This document shows positions 9,093-18,277 of a stretch of DNA of 64,000 nucleotides, piece by piece. This DNA is from an uncultured bacterium (GTDB lineage Bacteria; JAGOEH01): positions 1 through 64,000 of the forward strand of contig CAZWDO010000002.1 in assembly GCA_964632485.1 (NCBI GenBank). The letters are read 5' to 3'. Numbering within the stretch: the first letter of the stretch is position 1; each line of letters starts with the position of its first letter. Position numbers and translations under genes: made by a program. The notes under the pieces are model-generated. The model did no database searches, was not told the origin of the DNA, and saw only the letters and a list, made by a program, of their open reading frames with translations.

Positions 9093-11040
9093 GGTTTCTA
9101 TAGGTGAGCAAATCCTGACGAACCAGTTGTTCAACTCTCTCTGATTGGGGTAATTGGGGTAATTGGGATTCCACATCACCGGCTTTATATGCTTTTTGGG
9201 CATCGCTTACTAAATAGGGGTGGATATGATTTTGTTGAAACCGGCGGTAATACTCATCAATTCCAAATTTATATGCTTCCCAGAACGATTTCCCGAGCAT
9301 CGTGATTTCTACCGGCATCCAAACCCGTCCCTGATATTGGACGTATTCACTGCTCGAAACGAAATACTGCTGAGCTTGATTGAGGGGAATACCGGTATCA
9401 AACATCATATAAATGTGTCCCTGGCCCGGAGCATTGACATCTAACAAGCAGGTCGGAATACCCAGATTTTCCAGAAGCGAGCAAAATAATACCGTACAAT
9501 CATCACAATCCCCAATTTTACTTTCCAAAAGTTCAATGGGATATTGAATATTATCAAAAATCTGCTCATTCCCGCCAACTTGCGAATAGGGAGTGTTTTT
9601 GTCGGGATTATAAATAATCCCCATGGAGGTCAGGGTATTGAAAACAGACATTGCGCGTCCAATGGAATTATCCATATCCATTTGTGTTAATAATGAATAA
9701 TGACGTTTTATACTTTCACGGGCAAGAAATTCAATTGCGGGATTTTCTACGGTGATAAAAGAAGCCGCTAAACGGGTATCGTTCCATTGGATTTTTCCTC
9801 TTCCCATGACATAAAGCGCCGTCATTTTTTTCTGGGTTCGTTTGCGAGTATTATCCTTGACATATTCGACGATAATTTCGGGTTGGATCAGATTGTCAAA
9901 TTTCGTGTCCTCCCGTTTTAAAATATCGTTTTGAAATTGAATCTTGAACGAATAGGTTTGGATGCTCTGGGGGGGTAAAACCTGGGTTTCCTCGTAATAA
10001 TCGTTCATTAAATATGGAAGTTTAATTTTAATTTGCGCGCGTATCGCTTGAATATCTGAATTTTTGAGTACAATATTGATAAAATTTTCCTGTTGCTCAT
10101 AGTTATGATAAAGCGATTTGAAAAGAGGCTGTTGAGTCATCGTCGCATCCCGGATCGCTATTAGATCGGGATTATAATAGAATGTGGCGGAAAAATGGTG
10201 GTTGATTCCCAAATCCGTGTGGTTTTCAAAAGCATAGTCAACACGCATAAAACGCCAATGCAAACCCAATCCCCAGGTCAGACCTGAAATAAAATCCTTG
10301 TTGGCATTTTCCATGATTTCGTCGGAGGCAAAAAGAGGGCGGTGGTAACCCGAACGTATTGAAACCAGGTTATTCCATACATATTCCGTGCCAAATGAGC
10401 CGTAATCCTTGCCATAGGCAGCAGCTATCGACCAGTTGTTCAACAGAGAATAGGCCATGCCGGTGCCCCATTGGGTATCGAAATACCGATGGCGGTTTCC
10501 CTTGCCATAGGATATCTGGTCATAGAGATTCATGGCCACCAGACCCAGGCGAATGGCTGGAGTAAGCTGATAAAGAATTCCGGCATCGACCGACCAGCCG
10601 TTACCTTTCCCGTAATTTATCCCGTTCCAACTGACGTCCGTCCGGAAATAATTGGCTTTAAGCCCTGTAAACAATCGCCCGAAACGCCAGGCAATGGCCG
10701 TTCCCAATTTGTTATAGGAATGATTCAATCCGGTTCGATTGTGGCCGGTATTATGCCAGTCAATTCCAACCGAACCCATGTCCCCAAGGGGTAGATTATA
10801 GGTGAAATAGGAGTTTTTAATATCCAATCCATAGAGATTGCTGTAATAGAGATTGATTTCCTGCCGCTGAAGCAAGGTCAATCCGGCGGGATTATAGAAA
10901 ATTGCGAATCCATCGTCCGCCATAACGCTATAGGCCTCGCCCAGCGCGATGGGGCGGGCGCCAATGCGGGTCATTTCATTAGCCGTGATAATGGTTACCA
11001 GAGCAAACCCTATCAGAAGCGCATATTTAAAATTTCTCAT
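9093..11040 (-). CDS. PorV/PorQ-like outer-membrane beta-barrel fused to a transglutaminase-like cysteine-protease domain (continues into gap)
   Basis: Signal peptide; IGARPIALGEAYSVMADDGFAIFYNPAGL (PorV/FadL-type N-motif); RVDYAF...LGINHHFS barrel end; GDCDDC...GHIY...PVEIT; AAGGAG RBS before the ATG at 11040. Confidence 0.75.
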
Positions 11041-11071
11041 TATGGTCTCCTTGATTGATGTCTCAAAGGAT

Positions 11072-11099
11072 ATTATAATGAAAAAAAAAATACTGTCAA
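11072..11099 (-). promoter_or_regulatory. Sigma70-type promoter of the PorV-like gene, with a T10 tract in the spacer
   Basis: Minus strand TTGACA(11099-11094)-16 bp-TATAAT(11077-11072); A10 at 11081-11090 on plus. Confidence 0.7.
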
Positions 11100-11587
11100 G
11101 AATTAATTTTAGTTGTATATTTTTTTTCGTGTTCCAGCAGCCATTCTTTTCGCCATATCGCGCCTCCATAACCGGTCATGCTTCCATTTTTTCCGATGAC
11201 CCGGTGGCAGGGAATAATCAAGGCGATCGGGTTGAAATGGTTAGCCTGGCCTACTGCCCGCAACGCCTTCGGATTGCCGATCGCAGCCGCAATTTGCTGA
11301 TAATTGCGTGTATCTCCATAAGGGATAGTTTGTAGTATTTGCCAAACCTGCTTCCGAAAGGGTGTCCCGACTATGTGTAGCGGAAGTGTAAACTCCCGCC
11401 GTTGTCCTGAAAAGTATTCGGTGAGTTGAGTCACGGCCAGTTGAGTTAACCTCGAATCGGGGAGGATATTCCCCGTCGGATATTCGGACGTAAAATCCAC
11501 CCGGTTAATCCCTTCATCGGTCCATTGAATAAGGATTGATCCGATCGGGGAGTCATAAGTAAACGATATCATGGGTACTCCGATCAA
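11096..11587 (-). CDS. ogt: Methylated-DNA-protein-cysteine methyltransferase
   Basis: GTPFRKQVW, IPYG, RAVGQAN, IPCHRVI active site. Confidence 0.95.
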   Translation of the reverse strand: MIGVPMISFTYDSPIGSILIQWTDEGINRVDFTSEYPTGNILPDSRLTQLAVTQLTEYFSGQRREFTLPLHIVGTPFRKQVWQILQTIPYGDTRNYQQIAAAIGNPKALRAVGQANHFNPIALIIPCHRVIGKNGSMTGYGGAIWRKEWLLEHEKKYTTKINS

Positions 11588-11849
11588 ATTAGAAAAATTA
11601 ATAATTGCAATCGGTTATTCATTTTTCACAACCAGTCACGGTTACACCTTTTCGACGAATGTATGGAACTTCTCGAGGAGAATTCAACTAACGATAAAAA
11701 AGTTTCGGAAAAAAAACAAGGGGAAATTATCGCTGATCTGCATTATTAAAAATATTTCGGTTTGAATTAGTAACTGCCAATCAGAAGGCCGATTAGGCTA
11801 AGCAGGTATTCTAAAAATCAAGAGTAGCTATGTTTTAAGTTTTTTGAGC

Positions 11850-11878
11850 TTGACAAAACTGAAAAAATTGTATATTAT
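11850..11878 (+). promoter_or_regulatory. Sigma70-type promoter of the smc operon
   Basis: TTGACA(11850-11855)-17-TATTAT(11873-11878). Confidence 0.65.
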
Positions 11879-11920
11879 TGAATTGTTTTATGTGAATGAG
11901 AACCCTGTTCAAAGGAATTT

Positions 11921-14900
11921 ATGTATCTATCCAATCTTCGTTTAATTGGATTTAAATCCTTTTCCCAAAAAACATCAATCGATTTTAGCGATGGGATTGT
12001 CGCGGTGATAGGTCCCAATGGGTGCGGCAAATCGAATATTATTGATGCAATTCGCTGGGTACTGGGTGAACAACGCTATACTGCTCTTCGATCCTCAAAA
12101 ATGGAAGATGTCATTTTCAACGGTTCTGCCCGTTTTTCAGCGCAGAATATTGCGGAAGTGACGTTGACAATTGAAAATAATAAGGGGATATTACCCTTGA
12201 TATATAAACAAGTGGCGATTACCCGTCGGTTGTTCCGTTCGGGTGAGAGTGAATATTATATTAATGGAAACCGCTGTCGGTTGCGGGATATCAATGATCT
12301 TTTTATGGATACCGGAATGGGCAACCATTCCTATTCAATTATCGAACAGCAAATGGTTAGCGCGGTTCTTAGCGATAAAAAGGATGAGCGCAAGAATATT
12401 TTTGATGAAGCGGCCGGTATCATGAAATACAAGGAACGGAAAAAGGAAGCGCTTAACAAGTTAAACGCCAATGAAAACGATCTGTTACGTGTTGCTGATA
12501 TTATTATGGAGATAGAGAAGAACGTAGCGACATTGAAGCGCCAGGCTCAGAAGGCGAATCGGTTTAATTTATTAAAAGAGCAATTGAAAGAATTGGAATT
12601 CATCTATTTTCGGCATCGTCTAACCGAGATTGACGGAGAATGGCAACCTTTAAATGGACAATTATCGGCATTACGTCTGGAAAAAGATGAGATTCATACG
12701 CGTTTTCGCAGTCTGGAAGCCGAATCGGAGACGGTTTCGCATACGCTTTTAAACCTGAATCAGACGTTACAGCAACTGCAGAAGGATTACAATACTCAAA
12801 CCGAGAACCATCATCAGGGAACTCAATCGATGAAGGTTTTACAAGAGCGATTGCTTTTTCTTCAGAAAGAAAACGAGGGATTTGAACGTGAAGTTGCCAC
12901 GAATCGGATCCAACAAGGCGTAGTATCGCAGATGGTCGGGGAAAAAGTCGAAGAGGAAGTGGCGCATCAGACTAATTATGCTGAATTGGGTGAACAACTT
13001 AAAAATATGCGTGATTCAATGCTTGAGGATGAACTTTTTGGGAAATCCGTTTTACAGAAACGGGAGGAAATGCAGCGTAAAGTGGATCGGTTGCGTCAAC
13101 AAAAGGTTAAATGCGAACAGGAACGCGCTTTATTGAATCAACGGATTCAATTGCTGGAATCAGACCAGCAAAATTTCTCCCGTCAGGTTGCGGAATTTGA
13201 ACAACTTCAGTCAGTGAAAAATGAAGATTTAATAACACTTCAGGGTCAGCGGAATCAAAATATGGAACGGGTGGAGGAGTTGGAAGAAGAAGGATACCGT
13301 TATGAATACCAACTCCAGGCGATTTTGGATGAAAAAGCGGATATTATGCAAAAATGGCAGGAAAAAGAACGCCAATTATTGCAGAATAAAGATAAACTGA
13401 CACTTTTAAAAAGCAAAGAACTCCAGGACGAACTTCTGCAGGGCGATGAAAAAAAGATTGCAGAATGGTTTTCCCAACACGGTATCGGCTATTCAATGAT
13501 TATGGATCATATCAACCCGGATAACGGATACGAACATTCTATCCAGAAACTTTTATGGTATTTGCGAGCCATTTTTTTATTGCAGCGGCAGCAAGCCAAT
13601 GACTTGAAAGCGACAGATTTTTCATCTGCCGGGGTTGAACTTCTGATGGCTTTGGATGACGATTCTCAACTGCCCGTGGTTCCTGAAGGATATAAGCTTC
13701 TTTCGCAAGTAGTTACACTTGACCCGGAACTGGGAAAACCCTTACTCAGGGTTTTGGACCGAGCTCTTTTCTGTGAATCGCTTTTTGTTGTTTGGGATGA
13801 ACTGGAACGGTTAGCGCCCTGGATTGTAGTCGATCGGGGAGGCAATCTATGGGACGGCCGTAGTGGATATATCCATTTTACTAACATTAAAGAAAAACGG
13901 ATTGAATTGAGCCATCTGTTCGGCAGAAAAATGAAAATTGTTCAAATGGAAGAGGTCGGAGAGACCTTAATAAAGGAATTACAATACATTGATACGGAAA
14001 AACAACGGGTAGAATCACGGTTTAACAGTATCAAATCGCAATCCGATCAATTGTTAAAAGAGAAACAGCAAGTATCAGAGGAATTACAACGGATTGGAAC
14101 CCGTTTGCAATTGATCGAACATGAGATTACGCAATTAAAAAAACGACTGGACGATACGAATCAAAACAATAGTCGCCAAACGCTTGCTATTGATGAATTC
14201 CGCCAAAAAATTGATGAATTAACGCGCGCAGAAAATGGGATTGAAACCGAGTTGGTCGCGATGATTGAACAATTGCGTGGAATTGATGAAACGTACCAGA
14301 GTTTTGAAATGAATTTAGCTCAGAAAAAGGAAGCTTTGAATCAACAGCATATTGAAGCTGTTCGCGCTGAAGAACACTATAAACGGATCGTTCAAGAAAA
14401 AAAGCAATTTGAACGTCAATTGGAACAATATCTGCAGAGAGAAAAGGAGATTGTGGACGGACTGACGCGCAATCAGGAGCAGGATAATGAAATTCGTATT
14501 AAGATTGATGGATTTGAGCAATCTATTCATAAATTGGCTCAGCAAATAGAGCAGATTAACCGCGAGATGGAAGAGCTGCAACTAAAAAATGATCGATTGC
14601 AGAAAGAACAACGAATGTGTCGGGAAAAAGAGGAAAAAGTTCAACAATTAATCGATCAAAGCAAAGATGCCCTTTTTCATTTGGAAAAAGAAAAAGAGGT
14701 CATGGTTGAGCAATTACGCGGAAAATACCAGATCGAACTCGAGCAGTTGAATGAATTAGAAATACAGCCCGGGAAATCCCTGCCAGATGAGTCTTATCCG
14801 GAAATGATTCATGAGCTCGAACAAAAACTTGTGGCTTTGGGTAATGTTAATTTTGAGGCAATTGAAGAATACGAGATTCAAAGACAGCGCCATGAATTTT

Positions 14901-15454
14901 ATATCACTCAACGGGAGGATCTCGAAAAAGCAAAGATGTCGTTGCTTGAAAGTATTCAAAAATTGAATAAAACGGCTGAGGAAATGTATTTGACAACGTT
15001 TGCCAGTATTAAAGAGAATTTTTATAAAATTTTTACAACATTGTTCAACGGTGGAGAATGCGATTTGCTATTGGAGCAGAACCCTGATGATTCGCTGGAT
15101 ATGGATATTACCGTAATGGCGCGCCCGAAAGGAAAGAAAATCCAGCATATATCGTTACTTTCCGGGGGTGAAAAGACCCTGACATCCATTGCCCTGTTAT
15201 TTGCCATTTATTTGGTGAAGCCCAGCCCTTATTGTATATTAGACGAAGTAGACGCTCCACTGGATGATGCGAATATTGTCCGCTTTCTGAATTTGTTGCG
15301 CGAATTTTCTCAAAACACGCAGTTCATCCTGATTACCCATAACAAGCGAACCATGGAAGCTGCCGACGTATTATACGGGGTAACCATGGAAGAGCCCGGG
15401 GTGTCCAAAATCGTATCGGTGAATATTAAACAGGAAAGATTGCAGGCAGTATGA
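11921..15454 (+). CDS. smc: Chromosome segregation protein SMC
   Basis: GFKSF, GPNGCGKSN Walker A, long coiled coils, LSGGE signature, ILDEVDAPLD Walker B. Confidence 0.97.
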   Translation: MYLSNLRLIGFKSFSQKTSIDFSDGIVAVIGPNGCGKSNIIDAIRWVLGEQRYTALRSSKMEDVIFNGSARFSAQNIAEVTLTIENNKGILPLIYKQVAITRRLFRSGESEYYINGNRCRLRDINDLFMDTGMGNHSYSIIEQQMVSAVLSDKKDERKNIFDEAAGIMKYKERKKEALNKLNANENDLLRVADIIMEIEKNVATLKRQAQKANRFNLLKEQLKELEFIYFRHRLTEIDGEWQPLNGQLSALRLEKDEIHTRFRSLEAESETVSHTLLNLNQTLQQLQKDYNTQTENHHQGTQSMKVLQERLLFLQKENEGFEREVATNRIQQGVVSQMVGEKVEEEVAHQTNYAELGEQLKNMRDSMLEDELFGKSVLQKREEMQRKVDRLRQQKVKCEQERALLNQRIQLLESDQQNFSRQVAEFEQLQSVKNEDLITLQGQRNQNMERVEELEEEGYRYEYQLQAILDEKADIMQKWQEKERQLLQNKDKLTLLKSKELQDELLQGDEKKIAEWFSQHGIGYSMIMDHINPDNGYEHSIQKLLWYLRAIFLLQRQQANDLKATDFSSAGVELLMALDDDSQLPVVPEGYKLLSQVVTLDPELGKPLLRVLDRALFCESLFVVWDELERLAPWIVVDRGGNLWDGRSGYIHFTNIKEKRIELSHLFGRKMKIVQMEEVGETLIKELQYIDTEKQRVESRFNSIKSQSDQLLKEKQQVSEELQRIGTRLQLIEHEITQLKKRLDDTNQNNSRQTLAIDEFRQKIDELTRAENGIETELVAMIEQLRGIDETYQSFEMNLAQKKEALNQQHIEAVRAEEHYKRIVQEKKQFERQLEQYLQREKEIVDGLTRNQEQDNEIRIKIDGFEQSIHKLAQQIEQINREMEELQLKNDRLQKEQRMCREKEEKVQQLIDQSKDALFHLEKEKEVMVEQLRGKYQIELEQLNELEIQPGKSLPDESYPEMIHELEQKLVALGNVNFEAIEEYEIQRQRHEFYITQREDLEKAKMSLLESIQKLNKTAEEMYLTTFASIKENFYKIFTTLFNGGECDLLLEQNPDDSLDMDITVMARPKGKKIQHISLLSGGEKTLTSIALLFAIYLVKPSPYCILDEVDAPLDDANIVRFLNLLREFSQNTQFILITHNKRTMEAADVLYGVTMEEPGVSKIVSVNIKQERLQAV

Positions 15455-16389
15455 TACAATCATTTTATCAAAAAATTAAGCAGGGATTAAAGAAAACCAG
15501 GGACCAGTTGAATCATCGTTTGAACGAGGTTCTAAGTAATTTCCGGACAGTGGATGAGGAGTTGTTGGAAGAATTGGAAGCCATATTGATTCAAGGGGAT
15601 CTCGGAGTTGAGACCAGTACCCGTTTTATTGAAAAACTCCGCAAAAAAGCCAAACTTGAAAATATTTCCGATCCAGGGATAATTATCGAGTTTTTAAAGT
15701 CTGAATTAGATATGGAATTAGAAGGAAATGAAACCAGCGCTGAATTCATGGCGCGGATTAATCGGCATAAACCATTTGTGATTGTGATTGTAGGGGTCAA
15801 CGGTACCGGTAAAACGACGACCATTGGCAAATTGGCAAATCATTTCATCCGCGAAGGCAAGCGAGTGATGATCGGCGCGGCCGATACATTTCGAGCGGCG
15901 GCGGTTGAGCAACTCGAAATCTGGGCGCAACGCAGCGGCGCCGGTTTTGTTAGCCATACTCATCAAAATGCCGATCCCGCGGCTGTTGCTTTTGATGCCT
16001 ACCAGTCCGCAGTAGCTAAAAACTTTGATGTTGTTTTGATCGATACCGCCGGACGTCTTCATACCAAAATCCATTTAATGGATGAATTGAAGAAAATAGA
16101 TCGGGTTTTAAAAAAAGCTAATGCGGAAATCCCTCATGAATACTGGTTGATTATCGATGGTAACTCCGGACAGAACGCGCTGGTCCAAACTCAGGTGTTT
16201 GCAAAATCAGTACCCCTGAATGGTATTGTGGTAACTAAACTCGACGGCACTGCTCATGGCGGCGTTCTCGTGGCCATCCATCACCAGTTTCATCTACCAA
16301 TAAAATTTATTGGCGTCGGAGAAGGTCTGGATGATCTTCAACCTTTCAATCGGAATCATTTCATCAATGCTTTGTTTGATAACCAATAG
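15451..16389 (+). CDS. ftsY: Signal recognition particle receptor FtsY
   Basis: GVNGTGKTTT, DTFRAAA, DTAGR, TKLDG. Confidence 0.97.
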   Translation: MIQSFYQKIKQGLKKTRDQLNHRLNEVLSNFRTVDEELLEELEAILIQGDLGVETSTRFIEKLRKKAKLENISDPGIIIEFLKSELDMELEGNETSAEFMARINRHKPFVIVIVGVNGTGKTTTIGKLANHFIREGKRVMIGAADTFRAAAVEQLEIWAQRSGAGFVSHTHQNADPAAVAFDAYQSAVAKNFDVVLIDTAGRLHTKIHLMDELKKIDRVLKKANAEIPHEYWLIIDGNSGQNALVQTQVFAKSVPLNGIVVTKLDGTAHGGVLVAIHHQFHLPIKFIGVGEGLDDLQPFNRNHFINALFDNQ

Positions 16390-16404
16390 CCAAGGAGGAT
16401 TAAA

Positions 16405-16743
16405 ATGGCGCTGTTTTTCCAAGTGATCGACAAAGAACAATCAGTTTTAGTGCGGGTTAATTTTGATATTGTCAATGACAATATGCAGACTCTGCAGGAA
16501 CTATTTGATCAAATCATGAATCAAAACAAATCGAATGTGGTGATTGATTTTTCTGAAGTTAATGTTATTGATAGTCTCGGATTGGGAAAATTATTGAAGT
16601 TTTATCAAAAAGCCAAACAAAAAAATATCAATTTGATTATTTTCGGCCTTAATAATCAAATAAAATATTTGTTCCATATCACCCAATTGGAAGCGATTTT
16701 TACCTTAGCAGAAACTGAAGAGGATGCCTTAGGAAAGATTTAA
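16405..16743 (+). CDS. STAS-domain anti-sigma-factor antagonist
   Basis: 112 aa; VIDFSEVNVIDSLGLG with the conserved phosphorylatable Ser; AGGAGG RBS. Confidence 0.85.
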   Translation: MALFFQVIDKEQSVLVRVNFDIVNDNMQTLQELFDQIMNQNKSNVVIDFSEVNVIDSLGLGKLLKFYQKAKQKNINLIIFGLNNQIKYLFHITQLEAIFTLAETEEDALGKI

Positions 16744-16768
16744 TCAATATAATTAACATTAAAGGAGC

Positions 16769-18265
16769 TTGATTTTGCGTTTATGGTATATCATTTTCTT
16801 AATAAGTTTGGTTTTATTTGGCAATTGTAGACAACGGTCACTCCACACCTTAGAGAAAAACCGGACCCAATTAGAACGCGAGATTGACCGTGTTTTAAGT
16901 GAAGAAAATTTTGATAATGCGCACTGGGGGGTATATGTCGTGGCGCTGGAAGATGGCCGGGAGCTGTATCGTTGGAATCATAATAAATTATTTATGCCGG
17001 CTTCCAATACCAAATTGATTTCTACTGCCGCCGCATGTATGTCGCTGAAACCCGATTTTCGGTATCATACGCCTTTTTTTGTTTCGGGAAAAATCGACAA
17101 CGATATTTTAAATGGCAATCTGATCGTCAGAGGTCAAGGAGATCCATCGCTGAGTCCCTATTTTTTTAAGGAAAACCGGTTAGAAGTTTTTGAACAGTGG
17201 GCCCAACAGCTCAAAGCTAAAGGTGTTCGGACCATCACCGGCGATTTGATTGGCGATGTGGGATGGATGACTCCGGATTACCTCGGCCAGGGCTGGGCTT
17301 GGGATTATCAGTCTGACTATTATGCGGCCCAGTTAAGCGCATTGTGCTTTAATGATAATATTATCGAGTTTACATTGCAGTACGATGCCTCACAAGCGGA
17401 AAAATATCGTCTGACCACTCAGCCAGATATCGATTTTCTGGTGTTCGATGAAAAGAAGGTTGAAATTGTCCCACCGGGAAAAGCTACGGGAATCTCCATT
17501 GAACGTAAACTCAATACCAATCATATTAGTTTTAAAGCGGCCATTGATACTACTAAGTCGTTTACGAGTGAAGTGACTGTTAATGATCCTGCATTATTTT
17601 TTCTGACCTGTCTCTCAATGGTGTTGAATCGGGAAGGAATCAAGCTGGAAGGCCGGATTCGTACCAGTCGCGATAGTGTGGAACTTGACGGACTTTATAA
17701 TCAAGCGGACCAGATTGCCGAATATCAATCTCCCCCCCTTTCAGAAATTATTAAAACTATCTTGAAAGTCAGCCATAATTTGATGGCGGAACAGGTTTTT
17801 CGAACGATGGGCTACTATTTCAAGGGATCCTCCGGTACGCGTTCGGCGCTGGATGTTGTTACCACCCGGTTTTTCTCCGCAGCGGGAATCGATGACGGCC
17901 GGGTACAATTGGCGGACGGTTCCGGACTTTCACGGTATAATCTTATTGCTCCCAAAGACTTTGTTCGTTTGCTCGAATATGTTTATAAATCAGATTTTTT
18001 TCAAACTTATTATGATTGTTTACCCATTGCCGGAGTTGATGGTACTATTCGCGGCCGCATGAAAAACACGGCTGCATTTAACAATGTACATGCGAAAACG
18101 GGTACAATCTCCAATGTGCGCGCATTATCGGGGTATGTTACGACACGGAATGGTAAAATGCTGGCATTTAGTATGATCGCCAATAACTATACGACTCCGG
18201 TATCTCTGGCAACATCAATCCAGGATAAAATTTGCGCGATTTTAGCCGAATATGAATTACCTTGA
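16769..18265 (+). CDS. dacB: D-alanyl-D-alanine carboxypeptidase/endopeptidase (PBP4, peptidase S13)
   Basis: PASNTK (SxxK), SHN (SxN), DGSGLSR, KTGT. Confidence 0.95.
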   Translation: MILRLWYIIFLISLVLFGNCRQRSLHTLEKNRTQLEREIDRVLSEENFDNAHWGVYVVALEDGRELYRWNHNKLFMPASNTKLISTAAACMSLKPDFRYHTPFFVSGKIDNDILNGNLIVRGQGDPSLSPYFFKENRLEVFEQWAQQLKAKGVRTITGDLIGDVGWMTPDYLGQGWAWDYQSDYYAAQLSALCFNDNIIEFTLQYDASQAEKYRLTTQPDIDFLVFDEKKVEIVPPGKATGISIERKLNTNHISFKAAIDTTKSFTSEVTVNDPALFFLTCLSMVLNREGIKLEGRIRTSRDSVELDGLYNQADQIAEYQSPPLSEIIKTILKVSHNLMAEQVFRTMGYYFKGSSGTRSALDVVTTRFFSAAGIDDGRVQLADGSGLSRYNLIAPKDFVRLLEYVYKSDFFQTYYDCLPIAGVDGTIRGRMKNTAAFNNVHAKTGTISNVRALSGYVTTRNGKMLAFSMIANNYTTPVSLATSIQDKICAILAEYELP

Positions 18266-18277
18266 GAAGGAGATAGA

